Of a DNA stretch of 64,000 nucleotides, positions 1-12,392 are shown one piece after another. The notes under the pieces were generated by a model that ran no database searches, had not been told where the DNA came from, and saw nothing but the letters and a program-made list of their open reading frames with translations. This DNA is from Mobula hypostoma (Eukaryota). The stretch spans positions 32,738,001-32,802,000 of the forward strand of contig NC_086097.1 in NCBI RefSeq assembly GCF_963921235.1, read 5' to 3'. A program made the translations under genes and the position numbers. Position 1 is the stretch's first letter; each line of letters starts with the position of its first letter.

Positions 1-724
1 CTCAGCCGGAGGACCAACCCTATCCTTTTTCATAATTATCTTGAATCTACTGGAATTACGATCACTGGATCCAAGGTGTTCCTCTACGCATACTCCTGTC
101 ACGTGCCTTGTCTTGTTCCTTAAAGTGCAATAGTCATACACCATAAGATTTCTGTACGTTAATGCCCCACCCTAACGGTCCTGCCACTTATTGTGTAATT
201 TTCCCTTGCATTTGACCTCAAAGTGCTATACCTCTCACTTGTCTAGAACAAACACCATCTGCTGTTTTTCCAGGTGATTGGTATCTTGCTGTATCCTTCA
301 ATCTCCACAGTTCCACCATTTTCTTAAATGCCTCCCACTGATTGCCTGCAGACTTAACTTGAAAGTAGCTGCTCCCAGTCCAGTTCACAAGTCGGTACCC
401 AAACAGTTCATGTTGGAGCTACGACCACAAACTAAGTTCCCAGGTGGCATAAGATGCCTAAAACTGTAGCCTCGTGTCAGCTGACAAATGCACACTGCCA
501 GTCTTCCACATGCTCGTCTGTATATATGGGCTGTTCTTTGGGCACTTGTAAGCTGGAAAGGACTTGCAGGACTATTCATACACTTTATCAAAATGGTATT
601 GTGGGCAAACTAAAAAATTCTGCCCACTTAAAGCCTGTTTATATATGGGAAGTTGGAATCCCTATTGTTACCCTAGTATTTTACATCCCTGCATTCTGCC
701 AATAAATCAGTTCTGTAATGGTCA

Positions 725-1450
725 ACCCAGCAGCATACCATTTTCCACACTGACCTGTCTGGCCTTGGCTTTCTCCACTGCCAGAATGAGGCCCAAATGA
801 AAGAAGAACAATACCTCATATTTCTCATGGGTGGTCTACAGCCCAAAAGCATGAACATTGAATTTTCCAATTCATTTAGTCCTTGCTTCCTGTGCTCCCC
901 TCTTTCCTTCTGATGCATCAGTGATCCTCCTGTTTTTGTTCCTCTTCCCCACCCTGGTTCCATCCATCCTCCACCCAAAGAATCCCCTTCGCTCCTGGTT
1001 CCATTTGCCCTTTATCTGCTCCATTGGTTTCCATTATCTCGGTCCTGAACAGATTCCAATACCTGCAGCATGTGTGCCTACTTATCACCCTCCAGCCTTT
1101 ATCTCCACCTTTGCCATCCACTCCCTCCAAGTGACTCCACCTTCCTTTTTTTTTTACCTGTATGATTCCATCTATCACCCATCTGCCTCTGTCTTCTAAC
1201 TCCACCACTTCGCCCACCTTGCTACTTCCTTCCATCATTCTCCACCCCTCCTTGGTACATTATCACCTACTACTAGCTTCTATCTCACCCCTTCCCTTCC
1301 TTATCCAGTTATCTTCCCTCTCCTTTGTCTTGGCCTGAAAGCTCAGCCATTCCTTTCCCATCACAATTGCTGCTTGACCCAGTGAGTTCCTCCAGCAGTT
1401 TGTTTTTGTTCTGCTCCAGATTCCAGCATCTGCAGTGTCTTGCATCTCCA
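725..1450 (+). mobile_element. Decayed Penelope-like element (PLE) 3' portion: GIY-YIG C-terminus, pyrimidine-rich tract and terminal repeat
   Basis: 740-872 resembles the PLE C-terminal motif LGFLHCQNEA..EEQYLIFLMGGLQPKSMNIEFSN. It is followed by a C/T-rich tract and a degenerate copy of the terminal repeat (gctgcttgacccagtgagttcctccagcag...ccagcatctgcag) that recurs elsewhere in the window. Confidence 0.7.
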
Positions 1451-1937
1451 AGTGATTGTACTCTTTTTGTTTCAGTATTCCACCTTTGTGCTCTCATTCT
1501 GAGAACTTTCCAGAATATCCTATGCAGTTATAGATTCTTTAATTAATATTACAAAACCATCTCTTGTATCCCCTATCCCAACCAAAGATTCTGTATCCTA
1601 AAATCTCAAGTTGGCTTTTTTTATTATTGCAAATTGTGTGTTATTTATTGTTACTCATTGCCTGCTTTCTAATATACTTAATGCATTTTCAAAGTTAACC
1701 ATGGCCACCTTGGCCCTCATATCTAGTTTCATTCATTTAAATTTAAATTCAGATTGAACTATTTCGCTTTACAGCTAAATGTAAGATTATAATCTATGGT
1801 GATGCTGAGAAGCGTGTTGTCTTTTCCTGGGAGGTTTGGTTTTTCATTGGAAGAATGTGTGTAACTTTTTACATTTGCAACATCCTTCAGAACTGCTGGG
1901 TGAATGGTGGTGTACTGACCTGCTTTTTGTTTTCCAG

Positions 1938-2096
1938 GTGGTAGCTCATGGTTTTGACCAGGTTGATGAGTCATTGTCGATGCAGTATCATGAAACAATA
2001 TACTCCCTCTTAGAGTCGCTCAGCCCTGCGTATCGTGATGCCTTTGGGAATGCACTTCTCCAGAGACTAGAAGCATTAAAAAATGCACAGGAGTAA
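1938..2096 (+). CDS. GSKIP: Last coding exon of GSK3B-interacting protein; upstream exons lie outside the window
   Basis: Acceptor tgctttttgttttccag|GTG (AG at 1936-1937). The exon reads [52 protein letters not shown], which I recognise as the vertebrate GSKIP C-terminus (YHETxYSLL..[21 protein letters not shown]). Confidence 0.92.
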   Translation: MVAHGFDQVDESLSMQYHETIYSLLESLSPAYRDAFGNALLQRLEALKNAQE

Positions 2097-2597
2097 GCAA
2101 CCCTGTGTACAGCTTGTTTTGACTATCCGTTTCTCACTGTGATTTCTTTAGGTACACAAACTTCATGACCAAAGGCTGCATGCACTCTGCAGAAAGTTTA
2201 CAAGTGGTTTGTTCTCTTCTGTGCTCATGCAGTGTTACCGTTAGTTACTTACAGCCTTTGTAAGTGCTCTTGTTGAATCAGAGCTGGAAAATGGAACAGA
2301 TCCTTTAAGAATGGGTTGTTCTTTGTGATTGCTATGCAAGCAATGATTAAAGAGAAAAGAGCAGTGGGGAGTTTCAAAGTTGAGCAGAAACCAATGACCA
2401 GTATTTAGTTACATCACCAAGCATTTGATAGCCTTTCTCATCTCCCAAATTTGTTATTAAAATGTAGTTTAAATTTTCATGTAGTCTTTTGAGTTGTTAA
2501 CATGCTTTAATTTCTGAACTTGAAGTAAATCCTGTGATTGTTTATCGCAGATTCCAAGTTGATGAAAAAATCCAACTTCAATTGTTAATGTGCACAA

Positions 2598-2613
2598 AAT
2601 AAAATAAAATAAA
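2598..2613 (+). terminator. Candidate GSKIP polyadenylation signal (repeated AATAAA)
   Basis: aataaaataaaataaa about 500 nt after the GSKIP stop, in AT-rich non-repeat sequence. Confidence 0.5.
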
Positions 2614-2959
2614 ATATTTTGGCCACGGCCTTGCTGTTTCTGTGCTGAACCGACATGAACCAATAGTGAATTACCTTTAGATTAATGTTCTTGGGTTCAC
2701 TCCATTCACCACCAAACAAGGAAAGTAACTGAGCCTGGGTCTTTGGAAAATGTCAATTGACAATTATTCCATCATTACTCAGAAATTACCAATGATGTGG
2801 GTGTTTGAAGATTCTGACTTCTCTACACCCTGGGAAGTCTGAGGCAACTGCCTCCCAGAGACACTGGCCTTGAACACAAGTGAAGCTTACAGTAGTCACA
2901 AATGGAAGTGCAGGCAGCTAACAGTAACCTGTCACACAGTCAACTGCAAGATTAAAAAC

Positions 2960-3245
2960 AAAGATTAGCTTTATTTGTCACATGTACATTGAAACATACA
3001 GTGAAATGTGTTTGGGTCAATAACCAACATAGTCTGAAGATGTGCTGGGGCAGCCTTTATTGGGCCACTCAGCCTAGGGGCAGAAGACATGCAGCTTTAG
3101 GCCATGCCTACAACCTACTAACCCTAACTAGAGTCTTTGGAATGTGGAAGGAAACCCATGTCATAACAGGGAGAGTGTGCAAACTTACAGACAGTAACAG
3201 GATTTAAACTCTAAGTGGCTGGCTCTCTAACTGCTATGCTATTAT
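2960..3245 (-). mobile_element. Decayed HE1/V-type tRNA-derived SINE
   Basis: The minus strand has the V-domain-like gagtttgcacactctccctgttatgacatgggtttcc. It is similar to 41280-41720. Confidence 0.55.
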
Positions 3246-3499
3246 TTAAAGAACAGGAAGTTTTGTGTGACTCAGAAGCAAGACTAGGCCAACAAGCTCA
3301 TCATTGATCCCTTTTAGCATAGTTTTCTTCCTGATTCAATTAATATCCAGACATTGTTAGAAGTAGTGAGTGAGAGAGTGACATCTTACAGGGCTGAAGC
3401 CATTTGAAAACAGCAAGTCCAGTTGGGAGTGAGTGTTATATGAGCCAATAAAAAGAAGGGAGATGTAAGAAAGAGTGGCCTTTGTTGGAGTGGGTCAGG

Positions 3500-4942
3500 C
3501 ATTGGCTCAATGGACAGGCTAACGATGATCAATCATTTGGAATCATTTAGCTGAAATCAAAACATGAAAAAGAAGTGACATCGGATCAAAAGGTGTAGAA
3601 TCCTTGTGGTTAGAGTTAAAAAATTACGAAGATAAAAGGACTCTGATGGGAAGTATATATAGGTCTTCGAACACCAAGGTGTGTGATAAATTACAATGGG
3701 AGATAGAAAAGGCTTGTAAAACGGGGAATGTTATGATAGTCATGGGGATTTCAATATGCAAGTAGGTTGGGAAAATCAGGTTGGTGCTGGATTCCCAAGA
3801 GAGGGAACTTGTAGAATGCTTATGGCTTTTTAGGACAGCTTCTGGTTGAGCCCACTAGGGGAAAGGTAATTCTGGATTAGGTGTTTTGTAATGAATCAGA
3901 TTTGATTAGGGAGCTTAAAGTTAATGTTAAAATAGAATTCACCCTGCATTTGAGAGGGAGAAAATAAAGTCAGATGTATCAGTATTACAGTGGAGTAAAG
4001 GGAATTTACAGAGGCATTAGAGGGAAACTGGTCAAAGTTGATTGGAAGGGGACACTAGCAGGGATGACGGCAGAGCAGAAATGGCTGGAGTTTCTGGAGG
4101 CAATTCAGAAGGTGCAGGAGAGATATATACCAAAGATGAAGTATTCCAAACAGAGATTGAGGCAACCGTGGCTGACAAGGGAAGTCAAAGAAAGCATAAA
4201 AGTAAAAGAGAGGACATGTATAGCAAGAGTTAGTGGGAAGTTCAAGGATTGGGAAGCTTTCAAAGACCATAAGAAGGTAACTAAAAAGCCGTAAGGAGAG
4301 AAAAGATGAATTATGAAGATTAGTCAATAACATAAAAGAGGATACCAAAAGTTTCTTCTGCCATATAAAGAATAAAAATAAGGCGATATTAGGCCACTGG
4401 AAAATGATGCTATAGAGGTAGTAATGGAAGACGAACTAAATAAGTTTCTTGCGTCAGGCTTCACTGGAAAACACCAGGAGTATGCTAGAAATTTGAGTGT
4501 GTGGGGCAGAAACAAGTATAGTTGCTATGACTAAGGGGAAGGTGCTTGAGATGCTGAAAGATCTGAAGGTAGATAAGTCACTTGGACCAGATGGACTGCA
4601 CAGTTCTGAAAGGGGTAACTTAAGAGATTGTGGAAGCACTAGTAATGATCTTTCAAGAATCACTAGATTGTGAAATGGTTCAGGAAGACTGGAAAATTGC
4701 ATATTTCATTCCACTCTAAGAAGGGAGGAAGGCAGAAGAAAGAAAATGATAGGCCAGTTAGCCTGACTTCAGTGGTTGGGAAGATGTTGGAATCCATGGT
4801 GAAGGATGAGGTTTTGGGGTACTTGAAGGTAGGTGATAAAATGGGGCAAAGTCAGCGTGGTTTCCTTGATGGTAATCTTATCTGACAAATCTTTTGGAAT
4901 TCTCTGAGAAAATAACAAGCAGCACAAAGTCGGTGGATGATG
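3500..4942 (+). mobile_element. Old CR1 LINE, segment 1 (endonuclease to start of RT), decayed
   Basis: Fragments such as MGDFN, PWLTREVKESIK, DKSLGPDGLH and [15 protein letters not shown]. It ends at ...gtggatgatg|ta, where Tc1 inserted. Confidence 0.85.
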
Positions 4943-5824
4943 TACAGTAGCATACAAAAGTTTGGATACCCCGGTCAAAATTTCTGTTACTGTGAATAGT
5001 TAAGTGAGTAGAAGATGAACTGATCTCCGAAAGTCATAAAGTTAAAGATGAAACATTCTTTCAACATTTTAAGCAAGATTAGTGTATTATTTTTGTTTTG
5101 TACAATCCCAGAGTGAAAAAAAGGAAAGGAGCACCATGCAAGAGTTGGGCACCCCAAGAGATCTGAGCTCTCAGATAACTTTTACCAAGGTCTCAGACCT
5201 TAATTAGATTGTTAGGGCTATGGCTTGTTCACAGTCATCGTTAGGAAAGGCCAGGTGATGCAAATTTCTTTTTTTAAAATTTTTTTAAATTTTTATTTGG
5301 ATAAGGAATTCACAATTATCATGTACTTTTTTCATACATATAACCTTTTCCATTTTTTTATATGTATAAAACTACAATTATTTATACATTCTTAAGTACA
5401 CATTGAGATGATATAAAAGGAAAATAAACATTTAAATAGATAATTATGTACTGTGGTAAATCTAACCTATTAGGCTAAGTAATGAAATTAGTTGTTAAGA
5501 AAAATGGTAATAATAGTTTCCATACAACCCTTCTGGACCATTTCCACTGGTCCAAAATGTTGCATACAAGCCTATATACAAACCATTGTAGGTGTTTATA
5601 TCCCAATTTGTTCGTGCTTGTTCCTGCCCGCAGACATAATTATCCAATCCCTATGTACTTATTTACTTAATTTTTTCTTTTTTTTTATCCCTTTCCCAAA
5701 TCTTTCCCTTTACTTGTGTTAATTCTCTATTTTCCAAAAAAAAAAACAAACATTTAGACTAGGGGTGCTTACGTTAGCAATATTACTGTGTTGATGAGAA
5801 GAGCAATATAAATCATTAGGAAAG

Positions 5825-8800
5825 TCATCTAAAGTCTGCTCGCATTGGGGTTATATATTCAATCCATTTATTCCAGATTTGATAAAATGTTTCTTTTTGA
5901 GTTCTCAGGGAGTAAGTCAACGTTTCCATTTTAAATATTTCCAAGATAATTTCGTACCAATCTTCTAATGTAGGTGGTATTGGATTTAGCCATTTTCTAG
6001 TGATTGATTTCTTACTTGCCGCTAAGAGGGCCTGCAGCAACTTTATATCTTCCTTCTGTTCAAGGAACAATACATGCCCCAAATAGAGCGTCTCAAAGTT
6101 CAGAGGTATCTGGGACCTAAGTACCTTAACTAATGTTCTATGAATACCTTCCCAAAATAGACTTAATTTAGGGCAATCCCAGAAAATATGAAAATGATTT
6201 GCCTCCTTGGAGCCGCACCTTCTCCAACACATCACATTTGTATCTTTATATTTTTCCTGATATGGGGTCTTGAAGTATCTTATAATGTTTTTCCAACAAT
6301 GTTCTCTCCAAGTCAAAGAATTAGTCGAGGACCATTGAAAGCTGCAGATTTTCCCCCAAGCCTCCTCTGAAAGTACCAACCCCGCTTCTTTCTCCCACTT
6401 CTCTTTAATATACAGTGTATTTACATTTTTAGCATGGGAGAGTGCATTATATAGGCGAGAAACTGATTTACTAGGTATTGAACTGCAAGCCGAATTCAGA
6501 ATCTTGAAAAATTCTAATTCTACTGTTGATAGGTCTGTATATCTACAACTCTGGTTAACATAGTTTCGTATTTGAAGGTACCTAAAAAAGTCATTATGTT
6601 CTAGGCCATGTTTGTCCTGCAGGATTTGGAAACTTTGTAATACTCTTTTATCTATAAATGAGAGGTAGGTTGTAAGACCTTTCTTTATCCATAGCTCAAA
6701 TCTTTTATCTCCTCTGTTGGGAAGGAATTCGGTATCATATGCACACCATCTAAAGAGTTTTAACATGTTATTAATTCCACATGAATTAACCACCTACTGC
6801 CATACTTTTAATGTAAGATTTATCCAAGCATTATTAAATTTTTCCAACTGGGCCATCAATCCTTTGTCAGCTATTGAGGCCTGAAGAGGAAAACTGTCAA
6901 CTAATCCAAATTCTATTTCCTTCCATCTAGTCTTATATTCCCTATTACACCAATATAACAGAGGGGTTATCTGTGAGGCATAAAAATAATTTCTCAGGCA
7001 AGGAAGAACCATACCTCCTCCTTCCTTCCCTAACTGTAAGGTGTTATATCGAATTCTAGGTTTCCTTCCTTGCCAAATGAAGCGGGAAATCCATTTGTCC
7101 CATTCCCTGAATTGATTATCATCCACCTCCACTGGTAAAGTACGGAAAAGATATAGTAACCGAGGAAGAATATTCATTTTTATAGTATTTATCCTTGAAT
7201 TTAAACTTAAAAAGGGGATAAGATTCCATCTATGCATATCTGCTTTTATCTCTGAGATTAATGGCCCATAATTTACCTGTGACAGTGTTGAAAGATCCTT
7301 CGGCAGGGTTATTCCTAAATATTTTAATGATTTAGCTTCCCACTTAAGATCGTATGTATCCTGCAATTTTTTGGATGGTGTATAATTTAGGGACATAACC
7401 TGCGTTTTCTTTACATTTATCTTATAACCTGATATTTTCCCAAAGTCATCCAACAGTGTAAACAATCCTATAAATGATTTTTCTGGTTCACTCAGATAGA
7501 CCAAAACATCATCTGCGAATAACGCCACTTTCTGTTCAATCCCTGCCACCTTGATACCTTTTACGATTTTGCTCTGTCTTATTAGTTGGGCAAGTGGTTC
7601 AATATATAGCGCAAAAAGGAGAGGAGAAATTGGGCATCCCTGTCTAGTGCCTCTCTCTAAAATGAAGGAGTCAGAGAGGTCCCCATTTATCTTAATTCGG
7701 GCTGTAGGGCTGTCATATAGAGTCTGAATTACTTTAATAAACCTTTCTTGAAAGCCGAATCTTCCTAACACTCTGTATAGGAATGCCCAACTAACCGAAT
7801 CAAAAGCTTTCTCAGCGTCCAATCCTACTACCATTGTCTCTGTCTCGTTCTTATTAACCTGTTCTAATATGTGCAGAGTTCTCCTTATGTTGTCCTGTGT
7901 TTGTCTTTGTTGAATAAATCCAGTCTGGTCTAAATGGATTAGGCCAGGTAAAAGCTTTTCCAATCTGCGCGCTAATATAGATGTAAATAGTTTGTAATCT
8001 AAATTAAGAACACTAATTGGCCGATAATTGCCACATTCTAGATTATCTTTACCCTCTTTAGGAATAACTGAAATAATCGCTTCTCTCCAGGAAGGTGGAG
8101 TTTCTCCTCTCTGCAAGATCCAATTAAAGGTGTTAAGTAGTAATGGGGCTAACTGTGTCTTCAGGGACTTGTACCACTCTGAGGTAAACCCATCAGAACC
8201 CGGGGACTTTCCAGCCTTTAACCTAGAGATGGCCACGTTCAGTTCTTTGACAGTTACTGGTTCTAATAAACTTTCATTTTGTAAATCTGTAAGTTTAGGT
8301 AGATCTAAAAAATTCAATACACTGTCTATATAGGGCTCATTGGGGGCCCGGGGTTGGGAGTACAGCTCTCGATAATATGTTTCAAAACTCTCTTGAATTT
8401 TCCCTATTGTACTCTCCACAAGCTTTGTCTTTGGATTCTTTATTTTATGAATTGTATTGTCTGCTTGTTGTTTTCGTAATTTATATGCTAATAATCTAGC
8501 TGATTTACCTCCTACTTCATAATTCTTTTGTCTCAGGTAAAGAAAACTTCTTTGAGTTTCCAACGTATAAATATCATCAATTTCACTTTGCAATTTCCTA
8601 ATTTCCTGTTTTCGATTTGAATTACTTTTGTTGCTATATCCAACTTGAAGTTGTTTTAATTTTCCTTGAAGGTCTGCTAATTTTTGTGCATTGATTTTTT
8701 TCATGTGAGTAGTAATGGAAATAATTTTCCCTCTCAGTACAGCTTTCAATGTATCCCATAAAATCACTGGTGATGTTTCTCCCGTGTCATTAAGGTCTAG

Positions 8801-9613
8801 ATATTCTTTGATTTCTCCCCTTAATCTCTCCATTACTTTCGGGTTATTGAGTATATGTGAGTTTAGCCTCCATAGTGTTTTCCTCATTTTCCTTTCCAGG
8901 ATTAGAGACATAGAGACTGGGCTATGATCCGACAGATCAATTGTTGCAATATTACAGTTTTTTATCCTGAGTCTATCTGTATTAAAGATAAAGAAATAGT
9001 CTATCCTTGAATAGGCTGAATGAGGGAAAGAGTAATATGTATAATCTTTACTAGTAGGGTGTAATTCCCTCCAGACATCTATAATTCCCAACTCCTCCAT
9101 CAATGAATTCACTTTCCGAGTCAGAGGTTTATTTTGAGTAACTATTCTTGAAGAATCTAATATAGGATTTAATCTAATATTAAAATCCCCTCCACAAATT
9201 ACTACCCCTCGAGAACTGACCATTAGGTCAAAAATGTGTCTATAAAATGACCATTCACTACCTGGAGGAGCATAAACATTCAGCAATGTTATTTCTGTAC
9301 CTTCTATTCTTCCTGTGATTTTTACAAACCGTCCTTCTTTGTCTCTAGTCTCTGAAATATGTTCATAATTAAGAGTACTTGATATTAAAGTAGCTACCCC
9401 TCTTTTGTGACTCAATTTACATGATGAATAAAATACATGCTTAAAGCCCATTCTTTTTAATTTTCCATGTTCAGATTGGCTCATATGTGTTTCCTGGAGG
9501 AAAGCTATTTGTGCCCTCTCTTTTTTCAATTTAGACATAATCTTATTTCTTTTAATTGGATTCAAAACCCCATTAACATTATAGGAAATTATTTTTACCA
9601 ATTCAGTTTGCAT
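5825..9613 (-). pseudogene. L1 ORF2 (APE endonuclease, reverse transcriptase, C-terminal CCHC), about 1262 codons, broken by a single in-frame TAG at 6794-6796
   Basis: The 939-aa and 322-aa ORFs are contiguous and in one frame (..KVWQ*VVNSC..). Motifs: ISYNVNG, FLQETH, GDFN, SRIDY, SDH, YRPISVLN, LDAEKAFD, GTRQGCPISP, LFADD, CWRRC...HIFWDC. Confidence 0.95.
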
Positions 9614-9975
9614 TTTTCTCTAGTAGAAAAAAAGCACTCTCCTTTTCTAACCAAACAGTAAGCAATCCCTTCTCAACAGTGAACCAAGACATATAACCAC
9701 ACCCTAGACATTTCTGAACGTATAACATTTGAAAATTTTTCCCGACTTCCCACAGTGAGGCCTGAGCACCGACCCGCCTCAGTTCAGAGGGATAACCTCT
9801 ATCTTCACCCTGTGTTAGAGGGCCCTCAGCAGTTTGAATAATCATAGAGAATTTTCTCCTATTTATGTCTCGACCATATTGCTATCATTCAAGTTATTCC
9901 GCCTAGTTTATTTTCAGTTACCAGTTTTCATTTCACTTTTAAGTCCGATTTACTCTTTTCCGTCATTTCTCTTAA

Positions 9976-10962
9976 TTAATCTGTATTCTCTGTACATTCG
10001 CGTCTGAATATTTGCAGCTTTTCCTTGTAGTTTGACACTCTGGTTCGAGTGGAGCATCCTCGCCCCACTAACTGCCACGACTTCTGCCGAATCCTCTCCA
10101 GTAGCGACTCCGGTTGGGTGATAACTTTAATAGGTAGTCCCCGGTCCGCCAGGTCCAACGTTGCCTCCTCCACCGTAGCGTAAGTTTTTGTCCCTTCGTC
10201 GTAAAAGACTCTCAGCCGAGCTGGATACAGGGTCTGGAATCTGATGTTGTTTTCCTTCAGGACTCTCCGTGTTTCCGTATATTCCTTCCGTCTGGCAAGA
10301 ATCCCCGGTGCGTAGTCGTGGTCTAAACTGATTTTGCAGTTGTTCCACATGAAACCTTTCTTTTGCCATGCTCTTTTAAGCACCTCTTCCTTCGTTCTGT
10401 AACTGAGAAATCTGGCCAGAATCGATCTGGGCTGGGCACCTGCCGGGGGCTGTGGTGCCAACGCGCGGTGAGCCCTTTCTATCTGTAGGTCTTTTGCGGC
10501 CGGTATATCAAGGTTCTCTCTAAGCAGCTTCTCCACGAAGGGAATCATCAATCCGGGTTTACCTTCGGTTCCTTCGGGAACTCCGTAGATCCTCACATTT
10601 TCCCTTCTCGAGCGGCCTTCTTGATCTATTAGTTTCCACTGGAGTTGGTCTTGTAGCTTCAGCATTTCTGCTATCACTTCCTCGGCGTTTTGTAGCTTCT
10701 CTTCAATTCCAACAATCCTCGCTTCGGCTTCATCTATCCGCGAGTTAGTTTTTACTATTTCTCCTTTAATATCTTCCAGCTGTTTGCTGTTATCTTGTCG
10801 GAACTCGCGAATCTCTCCGAGAATCAAAGACAGAGTCACCGATTCCCCCTCATTATCTCCGTCCTGGCTTGCCGTGGGGGAGCTAGGCCCATCGCCTTGC
10901 TGCATCTCTTTATGTTTATCAGCCTTCGAAGCGGACTTTTTATTCTTGTTCTTAGCCATCAT
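9976..10962 (-). CDS. L1 ORF1p (coiled coil, RRM, CTD), intact 328 aa
   Basis: ATG start, a heptad-like region, and RSRRENVRIYGVPEG, IERAHR and YPARLRV motifs typical of L1 ORF1. Confidence 0.92.
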   Translation of the reverse strand: MMAKNKNKKSASKADKHKEMQQGDGPSSPTASQDGDNEGESVTLSLILGEIREFRQDNSKQLEDIKGEIVKTNSRIDEAEARIVGIEEKLQNAEEVIAEMLKLQDQLQWKLIDQEGRSRRENVRIYGVPEGTEGKPGLMIPFVEKLLRENLDIPAAKDLQIERAHRALAPQPPAGAQPRSILARFLSYRTKEEVLKRAWQKKGFMWNNCKISLDHDYAPGILARRKEYTETRRVLKENNIRFQTLYPARLRVFYDEGTKTYATVEEATLDLADRGLPIKVITQPESLLERIRQKSWQLVGRGCSTRTRVSNYKEKLQIFRRECTENTD

Positions 10963-11151
10963 CCTTGCCCCTTTTATTAATATAGTTATGCAATATTAAG
11001 TATTTGTCTAAATTCGATTTTGGGGCAGTTTACCTTCTTTTTTGTCGAGAGACCTTTTCCTTATGCCGCCATTCCCTTGATCAGGTGATGCAAATTTCAA
11101 AGCTTTATAAATACCCTGATTCCTCAAACCTTGTCCCAACAATCAGCAGCC

Positions 11152-12130
11152 ATGGGCTCCTCTAAGCAGCTGCCTAGCATTCTAAAAATTAAAATAAATA
11201 ATGCCCACAAAGCAGAAGGCAGCTATAAGGAGATAGCAAAGTGGTTTCAGGTAGCCATTTCCTCAGTTCATAATCTAATTAAAAAAAGGCAGTTAACAGG
11301 AACAGTGGAGGTTAAGTTGAGGTCTGGAAGACCCAAGAAAACTTTCCAAGAGAACTGCTCGTAGGATTGCTAGAAAGGCAAATCAAAACCACTGTTTGCA
11401 AAAGACCTTCAAGAAGAGTTAGCAGACTCTGGAGTGGTGGTACACTGTTCTACTGTGCAGTAACACCTGCACAAATATGACCTTCATGGAAGAGTCATCA
11501 GAAGAAAACCTTTCCTGCTTTCTCACCACAAAATTCAGCATCAAAAGTTTGCAAAGGAACATCTAAAGAAGCCTGATGCATTTTGGAAACAAGTCCTGTG
11601 GAATGATGAAGTTAAAAGAACTTCTTGGCCGCAATGAGCAAAGGTATGTTTGGAGGAAAAAGGGTGCAGAGTTTCATGAAAAGAACACCTCTCCAACTGT
11701 TAAGCACAGGGGTGGATCGATCATGCTTTGGGCTTGTGTTGCAGCCAGTGGCATGGGGAACATTTTACTGGTAGAGGGAAGAATGAATTCAATTAAATAC
11801 CAGCAAATTCTGGAAGCAAATATCACACCGTCTGTAAAAAAGCTGAAGATGAAAAGAGGATGGCTTCTACAACAGGGTAATAATCCTAAACATACCTCAA
11901 AATCCACAATGGACTACCTCAAGAGGTGCAAGCTGAAGGTTTTGCCATGGCCTTCGCAGTCCCCCAACCTAACCATCATCAAAAATCTGTGGATAGACCT
12001 CAAAAGAGCAGTGCATGCAAGACAGCCTAAGAATCTGACAGAACTAGAAGCCTTTTGCAAGGAAGAATGGGCAAAAATCCCCCAAACAAGAATTGAAAGA
12101 CTCAGCTGGCTACAGAAAGCGTTTACAAGC
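11152..12130 (+). pseudogene. Frameshifted Tc1 transposase
   Basis: MGSSKQL..., GRPKK, TVKHRGGSIMLWAC and WPSQSPNL. Catalytic residues are decayed (QQGNN and IKNLW here, versus QQDND and IENLW in the 45.7-46.3 kb copy). Confidence 0.9.
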
Positions 12131-12392
12131 TGTGATACTTGCCAAAAGGGGGTGTTACTAAGTACTGACCATGTGGGGTGCCTAAAGTTTTGCTTTGCAC
12201 CCTCTTCCCTTTTTTGTTATTTTGAAACTGTAAAAGACGGAAATAAAAAAAGTAATCTTGCTTAAAATATTGAAGAAATTTGTCATCTTTAACTTTATGC
12301 CTTTTGGAAATCAGGTCATCTTTTACTCGCTTAGCTATTCACAGTAACAGAAATTTTGACCAGGGGTGCCCAAACGTTTGCCTACCACTGTA

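Larger units (their letters stand above)
5269..11081 (-). mobile_element. Full-length L1 retrotransposon with 17-bp target-site duplication
   Basis: TSD caggtgatgcaaatttc at 5252-5268 and 11082-11098. A T-rich tract at 5269-5298 is the poly(A) tail, with AATAAA on the minus strand at 5292-5297. ORF1 and ORF2 are present. The target reads TT/GAAA on the element strand. Confidence 0.96.
4945..12390 (+). mobile_element. Tc1-family DNA transposon with ~210-bp IR/DR-type TIRs, interrupted by an L1
   Basis: TA at 4943-4944 and 12391-12392, with ends CAGT...ACTG. The left TIR (~4945-5155) is the reverse complement of the right TIR (~12172-12390), and each has an internal repeat of aaagtttgggcacccc. 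A decayed transposase lies at 11152-12130. Confidence 0.93.

Noticed and set aside
1836..1937. N-terminal part of the 86-aa ORF 1836-2096
   Set aside because: It is intronic read-through. Similarity to GSKIP begins only after the acceptor at 1937.
6794..6796. Programmed stop-codon readthrough in L1 ORF2
   Set aside because: I know of no precedent at this position, and a single point mutation explains the TAG.
9751..9827. HDV-like ribozyme in the L1 spacer
   Set aside because: I could not map P3/L3, P1.1 or a J4/2 strand with the catalytic C. Kept only as a structured-RNA candidate.
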